Positions 9,177 through 18,094 of a stretch of DNA of 24,046 bases are shown piece after piece. This stretch comes from a virus. Taxonomy: Duplodnaviria; Caudoviricetes. The notes under the pieces are model-generated. The model was not told where the DNA came from and did not search any database. It saw nothing but the letters and a program-made list of their open reading frames with translations. The first letter of the stretch is position 1. The number at the start of each line of letters is the position of its first letter. The position numbers and the translations under genes were made by a program. The stretch covers positions 1 through 24,046 of the IMG/VR virus record IMGVR_UViG_3300037424_003005. One strand, given 5' to 3'.

Positions 9177-9462
9177 GTGCTGTCCCTTCTTTGAGTTCTT
9201 CTTCGACAATCGCCAAGAGTTGCAGATCGATCAAATCAACGTCGCAGATCCGGCAGATGGTGCCGGCGTCAATGACGTTATGGAGCCTGTTTAGCAGGCC
9301 GCGAATCTCTAAAACCCGCTTACCCTCGACCGGCAAAGCCGGGATCAGGCAACCGAGGGCGGTGCGACAATCCGGAGTCAAGCCATCCACCTGCTCGGCT
9401 TCCCGGCAGGCCTCGCACGAGACGCCGGGATAATCGAGGCGCGCCCGCAGGTGGTCGACTAG
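9160..9462 (-). CDS. gpT-like C-terminal part of the gpGT tail chaperone (-1 frameshift product)
   Basis: The -1 frame after the slippery site is open: LVDHLRARLDYPGVSCEACREAEQVDGLTPDC..., continuous with track ORF 9160..9390. Confidence 0.75.
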   Translation of the reverse strand, partial: LVDHLRARLDYPGVSCEACREAEQVDGLTPDCRTALGCLIPALPVEGKRVLEIRGLLNRLHNVIDAGTICRICDVDLIDLQLLAIVEEELKEGTAHGEGH

Positions 9463-9806
9463 TTTTTTTCCACCCCTCCGCGCAGGGACGAGGCGGCTTG
9501 CAGAACGACGCTGCGGATCTCGGCGGAGCCGAGCATGAGCAGGTCGACGTTCTCCTGGCTAAAGGGCAGGGGCTTGTCGTTGTCGGTGAGGCCCGACCAG
9601 CCGCGCAACGCCACTCGGCCAAAGGCGAGATTATAGGCATCGTCGGCAGGAGTGCCGCTGCCGGTCAATTCGGCGGCGATGGTGCGGATCTGTTTCATTT
9701 CTTCGGCACCGCAAAAGAGCACCTCGGCAGTCTCGGCGGGGGTGCCGAAGAGATTGACGGTGCGGATGCGATCGGCCGGGGCCTTGCGGAGCAGGGAGAT
9801 ATCCAT
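9459..9806 (-). CDS. Tail assembly chaperone (gpG-like)
   Basis: 115 aa; LRGWSGL.D....LPFS.EN motif; between tube and tape measure; ends in a slippery heptamer. Confidence 0.8.
   Translation of the reverse strand: MDISLLRKAPADRIRTVNLFGTPAETAEVLFCGAEEMKQIRTIAAELTGSGTPADDAYNLAFGRVALRGWSGLTDNDKPLPFSQENVDLLMLGSAEIRSVVLQAASSLRGGVEKN
9462..9468 (-). other. Programmed -1 ribosomal frameshift site A AAA AAC
   Basis: GTG GAA AAA AAC TAG at the 3' end of gpG; X XXY YYZ heptamer in the correct phase. Confidence 0.8.
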
Positions 9807-9840
9807 AAATAGAGCCTCTTGAGTGGGGTGTCTGGTTTAT

Positions 9841-9947
9841 CCCCCTCATCCGCCCCTTCGGGGCACCTTCTCCCTCAGGGAGAAGGGCTGCTTGTGGTGC
9901 CCCTCTCCCGCCGTGGGGAGAGGGTGGCCGCAGGCCGGGTGAGGGGG
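9841..9947. repeat. REP-like composite palindrome (CCCTCTCCC...GGGAGAGGG family)
   Basis: Outer IR CCCCCTCATCCG/CGGGTGAGGGGG; inner hairpins at 9866-9886 and 9901-9924; intergenic. Confidence 0.75.
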
Positions 9948-9953
9948 GTCTGT

Positions 9954-11021
9954 TTACGCCAGCGGATCGCTATCGCGCTGGTTGGTGCCGCTGATGCGCA
10001 GCGGCTGGGTCAGGGTTGCCATGCCGGTGGGAGCGGCGGTGCAGCCGTGGCAGAGGAACTCCACCGGCTCTTTGATGATGCCGGCTTCGTCGACGATATC
10101 GACGCTTTTGTATTGCAGGTGCGGCAGCTCCAGCTTGAAAGTGCGGGGGATGGCCCCTTCGATGAGGGCGCCGGTAAAGGTCATATCCATCTTCAAGCGG
10201 CTGTCGCTGCCGAGATCGGTGAGGCGGGTCTTAGCAGTGTGGCGCGGGAAAGTGAGCTTAAGGGTAATCTCCGGCATGCCGTCATTGCTCGGCTCGTCGA
10301 TGACGTCGCGGGCGGCGTTGCCGCTGCCGAGGGTGAGACCGTTGTAGACGCCGCCGATCTTGCGGGTGGCGGTCAGCTCGAAAGAGTTGGGGGTGATGAC
10401 ATCGCCGGCCCCGAGCGCCGCGCCGGCCTGGGCATTACTACGGAAAACCCCTTGGCTGAACATGATGCGGTTGGCGGTCTCGGTGAGGGTGACGCTGGCG
10501 TAGGTGGTGGCGTCGTTCTCGCCATCCTGGACGCTGGCGTCGCCGATGCACTTGGGGATGAGCTGCAGCGGCTTGCCACGCTCGCCCTTGATGGTGAGGG
10601 CGGCGATCTTGAGGGAGCGGATCTCTTCGACGTAGTTCTTCCAGTGACGGACGAAGGTGGCGAAGAGGCCGTCGGTGTTGTCGGCCATCGGGTAAACGAA
10701 ATCATGCGACAGGGTGCCAGCAGCGTGCAGGGTCGGGACGCCGGCGGTGCCCATGAAGAGGGCGAGGAGGAGATCGCAGCCGTCATAACGGAGATAGCCG
10801 GGAAGATCGCCATCGGCCTTGATGGCGCCGAGGCTGGCATCGACCGAGAAGTAGAGCCCCTGGCTGTCATCGACTTCGAGAGCGGCATCGCCCTGCTTGA
10901 GGCCGGTGGGGAGGAGGAGCAGGCCGTCACCGGCCCCGGCGACGGCGGCGGTGCCCCAGGTGGCGCCCAACTTAAGGGCGTACTTCATTTCGACTCCGGC
11001 GACTCCGGCGAGTGGCGGCAT
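9954..11021 (-). CDS. Major tail tube protein
   Basis: 355 aa; position before gpG; beta-rich, C-terminal LELPHLQY...IKEPVEF; no sheath gene present. Confidence 0.8.
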   Translation of the reverse strand: MPPLAGVAGVEMKYALKLGATWGTAAVAGAGDGLLLLPTGLKQGDAALEVDDSQGLYFSVDASLGAIKADGDLPGYLRYDGCDLLLALFMGTAGVPTLHAAGTLSHDFVYPMADNTDGLFATFVRHWKNYVEEIRSLKIAALTIKGERGKPLQLIPKCIGDASVQDGENDATTYASVTLTETANRIMFSQGVFRSNAQAGAALGAGDVITPNSFELTATRKIGGVYNGLTLGSGNAARDVIDEPSNDGMPEITLKLTFPRHTAKTRLTDLGSDSRLKMDMTFTGALIEGAIPRTFKLELPHLQYKSVDIVDEAGIIKEPVEFLCHGCTAAPTGMATLTQPLRISGTNQRDSDPLA

Positions 11022-11024
11022 AGC

Positions 11025-11240
11025 TTACCTTCCTTTCTTTCCGGGCTTGGCCGGGGTGACAGCGGGCGGAAGATTTTCCGCCCCTACGGTTTGACGGGGT
11101 AGGGGCGAATCATTATTCGCCCGTTCAAAGAGGACCGGCGAAAAGTCGGATTCTTCGATGCAATAGCTTTGGCCTTGGATGATGGCGCCGAGCCGGGGGT
11201 GGATGCCGGCGTTTATCTTCGCGGTGACGGTGATGGTCAT
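11025..11240 (-). CDS. Small hypothetical protein preceding the tail tube
   Basis: 71 aa; RBS GAGGA; C-terminal part encoded by two REP palindromes. Confidence 0.6.
   Translation of the reverse strand: MTITVTAKINAGIHPRLGAIIQGQSYCIEESDFSPVLFERANNDSPLPRQTVGAENLPPAVTPAKPGKKGR
11064..11122. repeat. Inverted pair of GTAG-family REP elements
   Basis: GGGCGGAAGATTTTCCGCCCCTAC (11064-11087) and GTAGGGGCGAATCATTATTCGCCC (11099-11122). Confidence 0.8.
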
Positions 11241-11255
11241 GGTTGCAGTCCTCAG

Positions 11256-11741
11256 TTATTTAACCCGCGCCACACTTCCGTGCTTTTCGATGGTGCGGAG
11301 GGTGGCCATGCCGAGCATTGCCAGGACCAACTGCAGCAGGTCAACGCCATCGACCGGATAGGCGACAAGAACTTGAGCGGCCCAACTGGCACGAATCCAG
11401 AAGATAGCGGCGAGCAGATATTTCGGAATGAAGTAACAGGCCAGCGAGACCCCGCAGACCCAACCGATAAACGGCCGCCAGCCCGAGACAAACAGATTCG
11501 GGTTCTGCGCCTCCAACTTGTTGACGTCGACCTGGGCCAAGGCGAGATCCTTTTCGCGCTGCTCCAGGCGATCGGCAATCTCTGCCAGCTTGATCTTGGT
11601 CTCTTCGCTGATCACTTCCTGACCGGTAAAAGCCGCCCGCAGATCTCTGGCCAGACCGCCAATCGCCGAACCAACCCCCTTGACGGTTTCACCTACAGCG
11701 GCGCCGCCAGCTTCTCCGATCATCTTGGCAAAGACGCTCAT
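11256..11741 (-). CDS. Holin, 3TM GTA-type family
   Basis: QVDVNKLEAQ...FVSGWRPFIGWVCG...LLQLVLAMLGMATLRTIEK; ATGA overlap with the amidase stop. Confidence 0.85.
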   Translation of the reverse strand: MSVFAKMIGEAGGAAVGETVKGVGSAIGGLARDLRAAFTGQEVISEETKIKLAEIADRLEQREKDLALAQVDVNKLEAQNPNLFVSGWRPFIGWVCGVSLACYFIPKYLLAAIFWIRASWAAQVLVAYPVDGVDLLQLVLAMLGMATLRTIEKHGSVARVK

Positions 11742-12193
11742 GGTCGCACCTCGTCGGCGCAGGCTAACAGAAAGCCGGCGCGGGGGAAGAGTTTGCCGGG
11801 GCAACTTTTGGTCGAAAAGTCACTGTGAAAATGGACGCCCGCCACCGGGATGTCGTAGAATTCCATGAGCTCGCGCACCAGTTGGGCGAGAGCATCAAGC
11901 ATCTCTTTATCAGGCGGTGCCAGGTCGTAATTGCCGACCAGACAGATACCGATGGAGGTGGCGTTGATCGCCGGACAGTGGGCGCCTTCAAAGGAGATGG
12001 GGCGGCCGATCTCGACTTTGACCCCGCGCTTGACCCGTTCGACCAGGTAGTGATAGCCGATGTCATCCCAGCCATTGGTCTCGACGTGGTAACGGCGGAT
12101 GGCGGCGGTATCACTGAGCACGCCATGATCGGCAGTGAGGCTGTGGTGGATGCAGATCTTGGTTGGGGCGACGCTGCGACGTTTCATGCTCAA
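11738..12193 (-). CDS. Endolysin, N-acetylmuramoyl-L-alanine amidase (Amidase_2, T7-lysozyme-like)
   Basis: IHHS, IRRYH..NGW.DIGYHY, GAHC...N..SIGICLVG, HSD...KSCPG zinc/catalytic motifs. Confidence 0.92.
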   Translation of the reverse strand: MSMKRRSVAPTKICIHHSLTADHGVLSDTAAIRRYHVETNGWDDIGYHYLVERVKRGVKVEIGRPISFEGAHCPAINATSIGICLVGNYDLAPPDKEMLDALAQLVRELMEFYDIPVAGVHFHSDFSTKSCPGKLFPRAGFLLACADEVRP

Positions 12194-12477
12194 CCCTTCC
12201 AGTGGGTGAAGGCGTAAAGAATCAGCCCCGCCGAGACGGTGGTGCCGACCCCGGCCATCATGTAGATGACCTTGCCGGCAATGAGGCCGGGTTGCAGCTT
12301 GAGGACCTGAATCGAATCCTCGTGGCTACGCACCCAGCGGCGCAGCGCTTCCTGGTCGGTCTTGATGTGATCGATCTCTACCTTCTGCACCGCGAGGATC
12401 TGCAGAGAGTCAACCACATCGTCGAGCTTCCCTTCGATGCGCAGCATGGCGGAGGATTGGATGCAGGGTTCAGTCAT
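12190..12477 (-). CDS. Coiled-coil protein with C-terminal TM helix (holin/antiholin or XhlA-like)
   Basis: 95 aa from ATG 12477 (overlaps the upstream stop); hydrophobic C-terminus; directly before the endolysin. Confidence 0.55.
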   Translation of the reverse strand: MTEPCIQSSAMLRIEGKLDDVVDSLQILAVQKVEIDHIKTDQEALRRWVRSHEDSIQVLKLQPGLIAGKVIYMMAGVGTTVSAGLILYAFTHWKG

Positions 12478-12965
12478 CAGGTCTCTCCATAAGGGGTGAC
12501 GTAAAAGAGGGTGACATTGACCTTGCACATGCCGAGGTATTGTTCAACGCCGGCGGTGTACTCCGGAGCGGCTTCATCGAGGATGCGCGGCTCAGCGGTC
12601 GAGGCGCTGGTGATCGTCCCTTCGAAGCCTTCGCTCAAGCCGTCGAAGTATTCATCGGAGCGCAGGGCGCGGAGGATATCTTGCCGTAAATTATCGGCCG
12701 CTTCGCCGAGGACGCTATCGGCGACGTAACCGTTGATTTCGATGGGAAGGAGGTGATTCTCTTCGCCCTGGCTCGGCGGGGTGGAGCCGGCGCCGTCGAT
12801 TGTCTCGCCAACGAAATAGGCGAGGCAGGGGAGGACGGGCGGTTCGGTCTGGTATTCGAGACCGCGAAAGACGTTGTCGCCGGCATTGCAGCTGTAGCCG
12901 GCGGCTTCGGTGATAGTGGCGAGGCGGGCAGCGAGGGCGATGAGAAGGTCGTTGTGTTTACTCAT
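12477..12965 (-). CDS. Tail terminator (gpU-like)
   Basis: 162 aa, acidic; L..RL..I....GY....G..V.RG...LP.L pattern; C-terminal V.L.Y. Confidence 0.7.
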   Translation of the reverse strand: MSKHNDLLIALAARLATITEAAGYSCNAGDNVFRGLEYQTEPPVLPCLAYFVGETIDGAGSTPPSQGEENHLLPIEINGYVADSVLGEAADNLRQDILRALRSDEYFDGLSEGFEGTITSASTAEPRILDEAAPEYTAGVEQYLGMCKVNVTLFYVTPYGET

Positions 12966-13279
12966 GCGCCGGTCAACTCCCAGGTGGTCCAGTGAAAGGC
13001 GTTGATCTTGGGCTTGCCGTAAAATTTACGCTCACCGACGTTCGGGATAACGACGGTATCGGTGACGAGGAGGCCGTCGGCTTCGGCCGGGGTGAACAGG
13101 GTGATACTGGCGCGCTGCACGGTGTTTTCCATGCTGTAGTTGCTGACCACTTCGGGGCGTGGGGCGTAGCAGCCAGTGACGGTACGGAGCAGGACGCCGT
13201 TGCGATAAATCGCCATCTCGACGCCGATTTCCGGGGCGAGGTTAATGGCATCGGCAAGGGCTTGGGCGCGCACGGTCAT
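12962..13279 (-). CDS. Head-tail joining protein (gpFII-like)
   Basis: 105 aa from ATG 13279 with RBS AAGGAA; beta-rich; immediately after the capsid gene. Confidence 0.6.
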   Translation of the reverse strand: MTVRAQALADAINLAPEIGVEMAIYRNGVLLRTVTGCYAPRPEVVSNYSMENTVQRASITLFTPAEADGLLVTDTVVIPNVGERKFYGKPKINAFHWTTWELTGA

Positions 13280-13301
13280 GGGGTTCCTTTGGGTCAAGGG
13301 C

Positions 13302-13325
13302 GGGCACGGCATGCCGTGCCCCTAC
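13302..13325. repeat. GTAG-family REP
   Basis: GGGCACGGCATGCCGTGCCCCTAC. Confidence 0.8.
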
Positions 13326-13350
13326 GGTTCAAAATGGTTTTACTCCTGTC

Positions 13351-13384
13351 CGCTCCGCCAGGGGGAGGGAGCCCTGGCGGAGCG
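13351..13384. other. GC-rich hairpin downstream of the capsid gene
   Basis: CGCTCCGCCAGGG-loop-CCCTGGCGGAGCG; no long U tract, so it may be an mRNA stabiliser or attenuator. Confidence 0.5.
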
Positions 13385-13434
13385 CGGAGTCGGCAGCAAC
13401 GGGGAGAGAGGTCCGCGCCGCCTTTGCGTTGGAA

Positions 13435-14484
13435 TTAGGTACGCTTGGCCTGCATCAACACTTTGGGGCGGGTGCAGATCGGCAGCGGGTTGGACTGGGC
13501 CTCGAGATCGACGTACTTGTTGTATTTGGTGTCCGGCGCGATCTTGGCGTACTTGGGCAGACCGATGGTATTGACGGTCTCCATGTAGTTGGCCGGGGCG
13601 AAGAAGGTTTTAAAGAGGCCTTGTGCGCCGACCGGGAAGAAGTGCGCCTTGTCGGTGTGGATGTAATCGACGGTGCCGACCTTGCCGCGATAGTTCTCAA
13701 AGACGATGCCGCCGAACTCGAAGGCGCCGGAGATCTTGGTGCCGTCGCTGTTCGGGTAGACGTAGCCTTCGCGCAGGACCATCGCCATCGGCGTGCCCTT
13801 GTACGATTCGACGACTTCGGGGTGAGCGAGCAGGTCGTCGAAGAAGGCGTCGCCGCAAAGGCAGTGAACACCGGCAAAGGGGACGGCGCCGAGGTTGTCG
13901 CCGATTTTGCGGACGATGGCGGCGCAAGCTTTACGCAGGACGCCGCTGGCGGGGGTGGCGTTGTCGAGATCGAAATCGACTTCAGCTTCCTTGGTGACGC
14001 CGAACTCGGTGAAGAGGTTGTAGATCACCGTCGAGCCGTCGGCATCGAGGATGACGCCCTTGACGGCGCCGACGCGCAGATGTTCGAGGGTGGCGTCGAG
14101 GCTGTTGGAGAGGCCGGCGAATTTCTTGGCGACGACGTTCTCGGCGGTCTTGGCCTGGTCGGTGGTGCCGAACTCACGGACGCCCTGAATGGAGTCGGCC
14201 ATGATGCGCCCTTCGGCGGGGAGATGGGTGGTTTGCAGGGTGCGGGCCTTGCGCTTGGCATTGGCCGACTGCTTACCGGGGCCGCCGCGCTTGGTGTTGT
14301 CGACGAGGAAGAGGACGCCCTCTTCTTCTTCGATCATGACGGCGGTATTGGTGACGCCCTCTTCTTCGAAGATGCCGAGCTGACCGAGACGGCCGGGAAT
14401 GAAGGGAACATTGTTGATCCCTTCGGTGAGGGAGACGAGGGTAAAGGCGTCACCGTTGAAGACATCGAAAACAGAACCGGGCAT
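13435..14484 (-). CDS. Major capsid protein E (lambda-type)
   Basis: F..DAF...SLT..IN..P..PGRLG.LG.F.E.G, TLEHLR.GA.KG.ILDADG, QSNPLPICTRP. Confidence 0.95.
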   Translation of the reverse strand: MPGSVFDVFNGDAFTLVSLTEGINNVPFIPGRLGQLGIFEEEGVTNTAVMIEEEEGVLFLVDNTKRGGPGKQSANAKRKARTLQTTHLPAEGRIMADSIQGVREFGTTDQAKTAENVVAKKFAGLSNSLDATLEHLRVGAVKGVILDADGSTVIYNLFTEFGVTKEAEVDFDLDNATPASGVLRKACAAIVRKIGDNLGAVPFAGVHCLCGDAFFDDLLAHPEVVESYKGTPMAMVLREGYVYPNSDGTKISGAFEFGGIVFENYRGKVGTVDYIHTDKAHFFPVGAQGLFKTFFAPANYMETVNTIGLPKYAKIAPDTKYNKYVDLEAQSNPLPICTRPKVLMQAKRT

Positions 14485-14514
14485 GATATTTATCTCCTGT
14501 AAATGGGGCGTTGA

Positions 14515-15162
14515 TTAACGGACGATGATGCCGAGGCTGGCGAGCTGGGTCTCGGCGGTGATCTGCTCCCCGGCTTCGATGTCGCTCGGCCAGGAGAGTT
14601 CGGCACTGTTGACTTCGGCATCGCGGGCGATGATGACCCCTTCGACATCGGCGGAACTGGCATCGTAGTTGTCAAAGGCGATGCCGGCGGCGATCTGGCT
14701 GCCGTCGGTTCCGTCCTGATCGTAGGCGACATACTTGCCGGAACCGGCGGCGACGGTGATGGTGAAGGCATCGCCACTGGCAAAGTCGGTGGAGCCATCG
14801 GCGATGGTGAAGGTCAGACCGCCACCAACAAATTCAGCGGCGACAACGGCGACGCCGACGGTGATGCCGTCAGGATCTTCGACGATAAACTCGCCGACGT
14901 TGGTCCCGGGCTCGACACAGGTGGCGCGATAGACGCCGACCTTGACCCCGGCAGCAGTGGCCGGGGCAGCGGTGATGATGCCGTTGCCGGTGTTACCGGC
15001 GACAGCGGCGGCAGCGGCCACGCCGCTGAGGACCTGGCCGAGGACTTCACCGGCGACGACGTTCTGGCCGGAGAGGATGGTGACGACTTTCCGCGAACGG
15101 GAGCCGTTAGCTTCGCTGGCGATGAATTCACCGGCATACTTTCCTTCAACGATTTCGGGCAT
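14515..15162 (-). CDS. Head decoration protein (gpD-like) with internal insertion
   Basis: GEFI.SEANG.RSR..VTI.SG...GEVLG and Y.....DGSQ.AAGI...RDAEVN..L.W...L..LGIIVR, separated by an extra Ala/Gly/Thr-rich beta domain. Confidence 0.88.
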   Translation of the reverse strand: MPEIVEGKYAGEFIASEANGSRSRKVVTILSGQNVVAGEVLGQVLSGVAAAAAVAGNTGNGIITAAPATAAGVKVGVYRATCVEPGTNVGEFIVEDPDGITVGVAVVAAEFVGGGLTFTIADGSTDFASGDAFTITVAAGSGKYVAYDQDGTDGSQIAAGIAFDNYDASSADVEGVIIARDAEVNSAELSWPSDIEAGEQITAETQLASLGIIVR

Positions 15163-15209
15163 GAGCTTTCTCCTTACGGGTAAGAGGGGGGAACATTAAG
15201 CGCGACAAT

Positions 15210-15623
15210 TTATTTGCGGTGCATGACTTTCTGGCGGTTGGCGTAGATTCCGGAAGTATTGATGCTGCTCCCCTTGGCTTCCGGGGCAACAACGACCTTG
15301 GCCGGAGCAACGCCGTTCGGGGCAGCGCCGGTGATGGCGGCGAGCATCTTGGCCTGTTCGCCACTGGCAGCCGGGGCAACGGTGATGCCGAGGCTGGTGA
15401 TCTGCTCAGCGCTGAGGTTGGCGCCGGCAATGGCGCTGATCTTGTCGCCGGTCTCGGCGCCGAGGGTGGCGCTGACCAGAGACAGGATCCGGGTCGATTC
15501 GGCGCTGACGGCGGTGGCTTGGGCAGTGGCGGCGACAGTGGCGAGGACCATGCCGGCGCGGGCTTCGGTTTCGATCTGGGTGACGAGGTCGGGGTGTTCG
15601 GCTTTCAAGGTTTTCATATCCAT
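15210..15623 (-). CDS. Nested in-frame scaffolding protein (Nu3-like)
   Basis: Internal RBS AAAGGAG just before MDMKTLKAEHPDLV; same arrangement as lambda C/Nu3. Confidence 0.7.
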   Translation of the reverse strand: MDMKTLKAEHPDLVTQIETEARAGMVLATVAATAQATAVSAESTRILSLVSATLGAETGDKISAIAGANLSAEQITSLGITVAPAASGEQAKMLAAITGAAPNGVAPAKVVVAPEAKGSSINTSGIYANRQKVMHRK

Positions 15624-16496
15624 GGCTTTGGCTCCTTTACTGGGGACGGTGACGGAGACCGCGCCCTTGAGTTGACGTTTGACGAGGGCAAGGTATTCGT
15701 CTCGGCCCATAACGTGATCGATGAGATTAAGGCCTTTGGCCTGTTCGGCTTTGTAAACACGACTTTGCATGTCGTGGATGGCGGCAAGGCTGAGCTGGGG
15801 GCGGCCTTTGTTGACGGCTCCCTTGAAAAGGCTATAGGTCTGGTTCAGTCGTTCCATGATGTAGGCTTCCGCCTCTTTGGTGAGAGGGCCGGTGTCGTTT
15901 CCACTCGCCTTGAAATCACCGACCGCAAGGACAGTACGAACAACACCACTCTGCTTGTCGCGTCCGGAACGGTCATAGGCAACGGTCAAGACGCCGATCG
16001 AGCCGATATCGGCCCCGGCATGGGCGCCGATCATGCGCGTCTGTGCCATGAGCCAGTAGCCAGCCGAAGCGGCAAGATCATCGACCCAACCGAAGAGGGG
16101 CTTGCGCTGATTTAACTGCGCCAGAAAATCACCGGTCTCAACGACGCCGGCGACGGTTCCGCCCGGGGTATCACCATCGATGACGATGGCATCGATCCCC
16201 TTGGCCCGTTCCGCAGCGAGAAGGTCTTGCTTGAACGCGGCATAGGTGGCATCGCAGGAGAACCAGGAGTTGGCCTTGACCAGGGTGCCGACCAAAGGGA
16301 CGATGGCGATATTGCCGTCGCGGATAAAGGGCTCCTCCTGCTCTCCGGCTCTTTCTTTACCGATGGCGGCGGTGAACTCGGCGGGGATAGAGTGGCCGGA
16401 AAGTTTGGCGTCGAGAATCTGGCACCAGTTTTCAAGGACATCGGGCTGAATCGCCCACTGTTGGCTAATCAGGCGAACGAGATGATCGAGTCTCAT
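15210..16496 (-). CDS. Prohead protease, S49 (gpC-like), with C-terminal scaffold
   Basis: DTPGG, AASAGYW, GSIGV and FKASG motifs. Confidence 0.93.
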   Translation of the reverse strand: MRLDHLVRLISQQWAIQPDVLENWCQILDAKLSGHSIPAEFTAAIGKERAGEQEEPFIRDGNIAIVPLVGTLVKANSWFSCDATYAAFKQDLLAAERAKGIDAIVIDGDTPGGTVAGVVETGDFLAQLNQRKPLFGWVDDLAASAGYWLMAQTRMIGAHAGADIGSIGVLTVAYDRSGRDKQSGVVRTVLAVGDFKASGNDTGPLTKEAEAYIMERLNQTYSLFKGAVNKGRPQLSLAAIHDMQSRVYKAEQAKGLNLIDHVMGRDEYLALVKRQLKGAVSVTVPSKGAKAMDMKTLKAEHPDLVTQIETEARAGMVLATVAATAQATAVSAESTRILSLVSATLGAETGDKISAIAGANLSAEQITSLGITVAPAASGEQAKMLAAITGAAPNGVAPAKVVVAPEAKGSSINTSGIYANRQKVMHRK

Positions 16497-18094
16497 GCAG
16501 CAACCTCTTCCTTGTCTGAAAACGCATCTGAAATGGTCTTCTCAAAAATCGCATCTTCGGTCGTCTTCTCGAAGATCGGGTCTTTGGCTTCTTTGGAGGT
16601 CGGCGGCGTTGGATTGAGTCCGGCCTCTTTCAAGGTCTTGATCTCACGGCCGCGCTGCTTGACCTGCTGCTCCCAATCCTTGTTGCGCTTGGCGGCAATG
16701 TCAGCGAGGGTGGTGGTGCCGGCGTTGAGGCCCATGATGTCGGCGACCATCTCTTTGACCGGATCGACGTTGGTCTTCTCCGGGCCGACCCAGGTGGCGG
16801 CAGTGTATTCGGCGCGGGCGTCGTAAAAATTGGGGGCGCCTTTGGGCAGGACGATGCGGCCGGTCAAGACCGCCTCTTCAAAGAACATCTCCCAGATCAC
16901 CCGGCAATAACGGTTGACCAGCCAATCCTGATAAAGTTCGAAGACCCGCCAGGCCTCCTGAAAGGCGGCGCGGGCACTGGAGTAGTTGACCTTGCTGAAG
17001 TCTTTGCTGACGACTTCGTAGGGCATGCCGGTAGCGGCGCCGATGGAGCGCAGCGCGGTCTCGACGAAGATCTGGAAGGAGTTGCCGGGGCGATCGCCGG
17101 TGAGAGCGTGCGGTTTTTCGTTGGCGTTGCCGTAGAGGACCGAGCCCGGGGGGATCTCGCGGTAATGATGGACATCGGCGCTGGGGGCGCCGGGGACCTT
17201 GTGAACGCCGGGGAGGGCGGTGGCATCGTAGGGGGACGACTTTTCGATGAAGACCGGGAAGGAGGCGGCGACAATGGCGCCGATCAGCTCGTAGTCGAGA
17301 TAGTCGGCAAAGTTACGGAAGAAGCTCATCGCCGGGGCAAGGACGCCGCCGAGGCCGCGCACCTGTTCGGGGAGCTTGGCGTGGAAGCCGTGCAGCACCA
17401 CCGGGCGGTGACCGCGTTTGGGCGGGAGTTCGACAAAGCTGCTGGAGGCCATGCTAGTGAGGAGTTGTCCATCCGCCGGGTTGGCGATGAAGTAGCCGGT
17501 CGGCTCGCCCAAGGGGCCAAGGCGGATGCCGTCACGAATGGAGGAGGCGGCGGTGTAGTCTGACGGGGAGCGCAAGCGCATGGGGTCGAGGACCTGCAGG
17601 GCGAGGCGATAGCGGCGCGACGGATCGTCGAGCATCAACGGCAGATTGAGAAATTCGCCGTTGACCAGCTGGCTCCAAAGGTTCTGAAACTGGATACCGT
17701 AAAAGTCGGAGACGCCGCGGCAATCGGCTTCGATGTTCCAGAGTTCAAATTCCCACTCGGCCTGTTCGGCAATGGCGGTGGCTTCTTCTTCGCTGATCCC
17801 CAGGCGCTTGAAGTTGGGCTTGCTCTGCGGCCAGAGGCCGGGGCCGACGGCATTGACGCTGATCGCTTCGATGATCGAACAGGCATGGGGATCGTTGGCG
17901 ACCAGATCGGCGGAGCGCTTGGCGAGGAGCTCGCGCTGGCTCCCTTCTTCACGGTAATTGATGCGGCGTGGGTTCCAGTTGCCGAGGCTACCGGTATGTC
18001 CGCCGCCGCTGCGGGAGATAAGGGGCGCGCGGCCACCGGCGATGCTGGCGTTGGCGGCGCGGTTGGCGGCACGTTTGGCGGCGAAATCAGCCAC
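16493..18094 (-). CDS. Portal protein, lambda family
   Basis: RS.DLV.ND, QVRG, GMPYE...DFS.VNYSSARA, VDPVKE; start GTG 18094 with RBS GGAGGG. Confidence 0.95.
   Translation of the reverse strand: MADFAAKRAANRAANASIAGGRAPLISRSGGGHTGSLGNWNPRRINYREEGSQRELLAKRSADLVANDPHACSIIEAISVNAVGPGLWPQSKPNFKRLGISEEEATAIAEQAEWEFELWNIEADCRGVSDFYGIQFQNLWSQLVNGEFLNLPLMLDDPSRRYRLALQVLDPMRLRSPSDYTAASSIRDGIRLGPLGEPTGYFIANPADGQLLTSMASSSFVELPPKRGHRPVVLHGFHAKLPEQVRGLGGVLAPAMSFFRNFADYLDYELIGAIVAASFPVFIEKSSPYDATALPGVHKVPGAPSADVHHYREIPPGSVLYGNANEKPHALTGDRPGNSFQIFVETALRSIGAATGMPYEVVSKDFSKVNYSSARAAFQEAWRVFELYQDWLVNRYCRVIWEMFFEEAVLTGRIVLPKGAPNFYDARAEYTAATWVGPEKTNVDPVKEMVADIMGLNAGTTTLADIAAKRNKDWEQQVKQRGREIKTLKEAGLNPTPPTSKEAKDPIFEKTTEDAIFEKTISDAFSDKEEVAA

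Noticed and set aside
16520-16585. Short duplication at the portal C-terminus (DPIFEKTTE/DAIFEKTIS)
   Set aside because: Real, but likely a neutral 27-bp duplication in a disordered tail
4572-16826. Long plus-strand ORFs (for example 4572-5987, 9819-11102, 13429-14502, 15219-16115)
   Set aside because: Antisense shadows of GC-rich genes with no recognisable motifs
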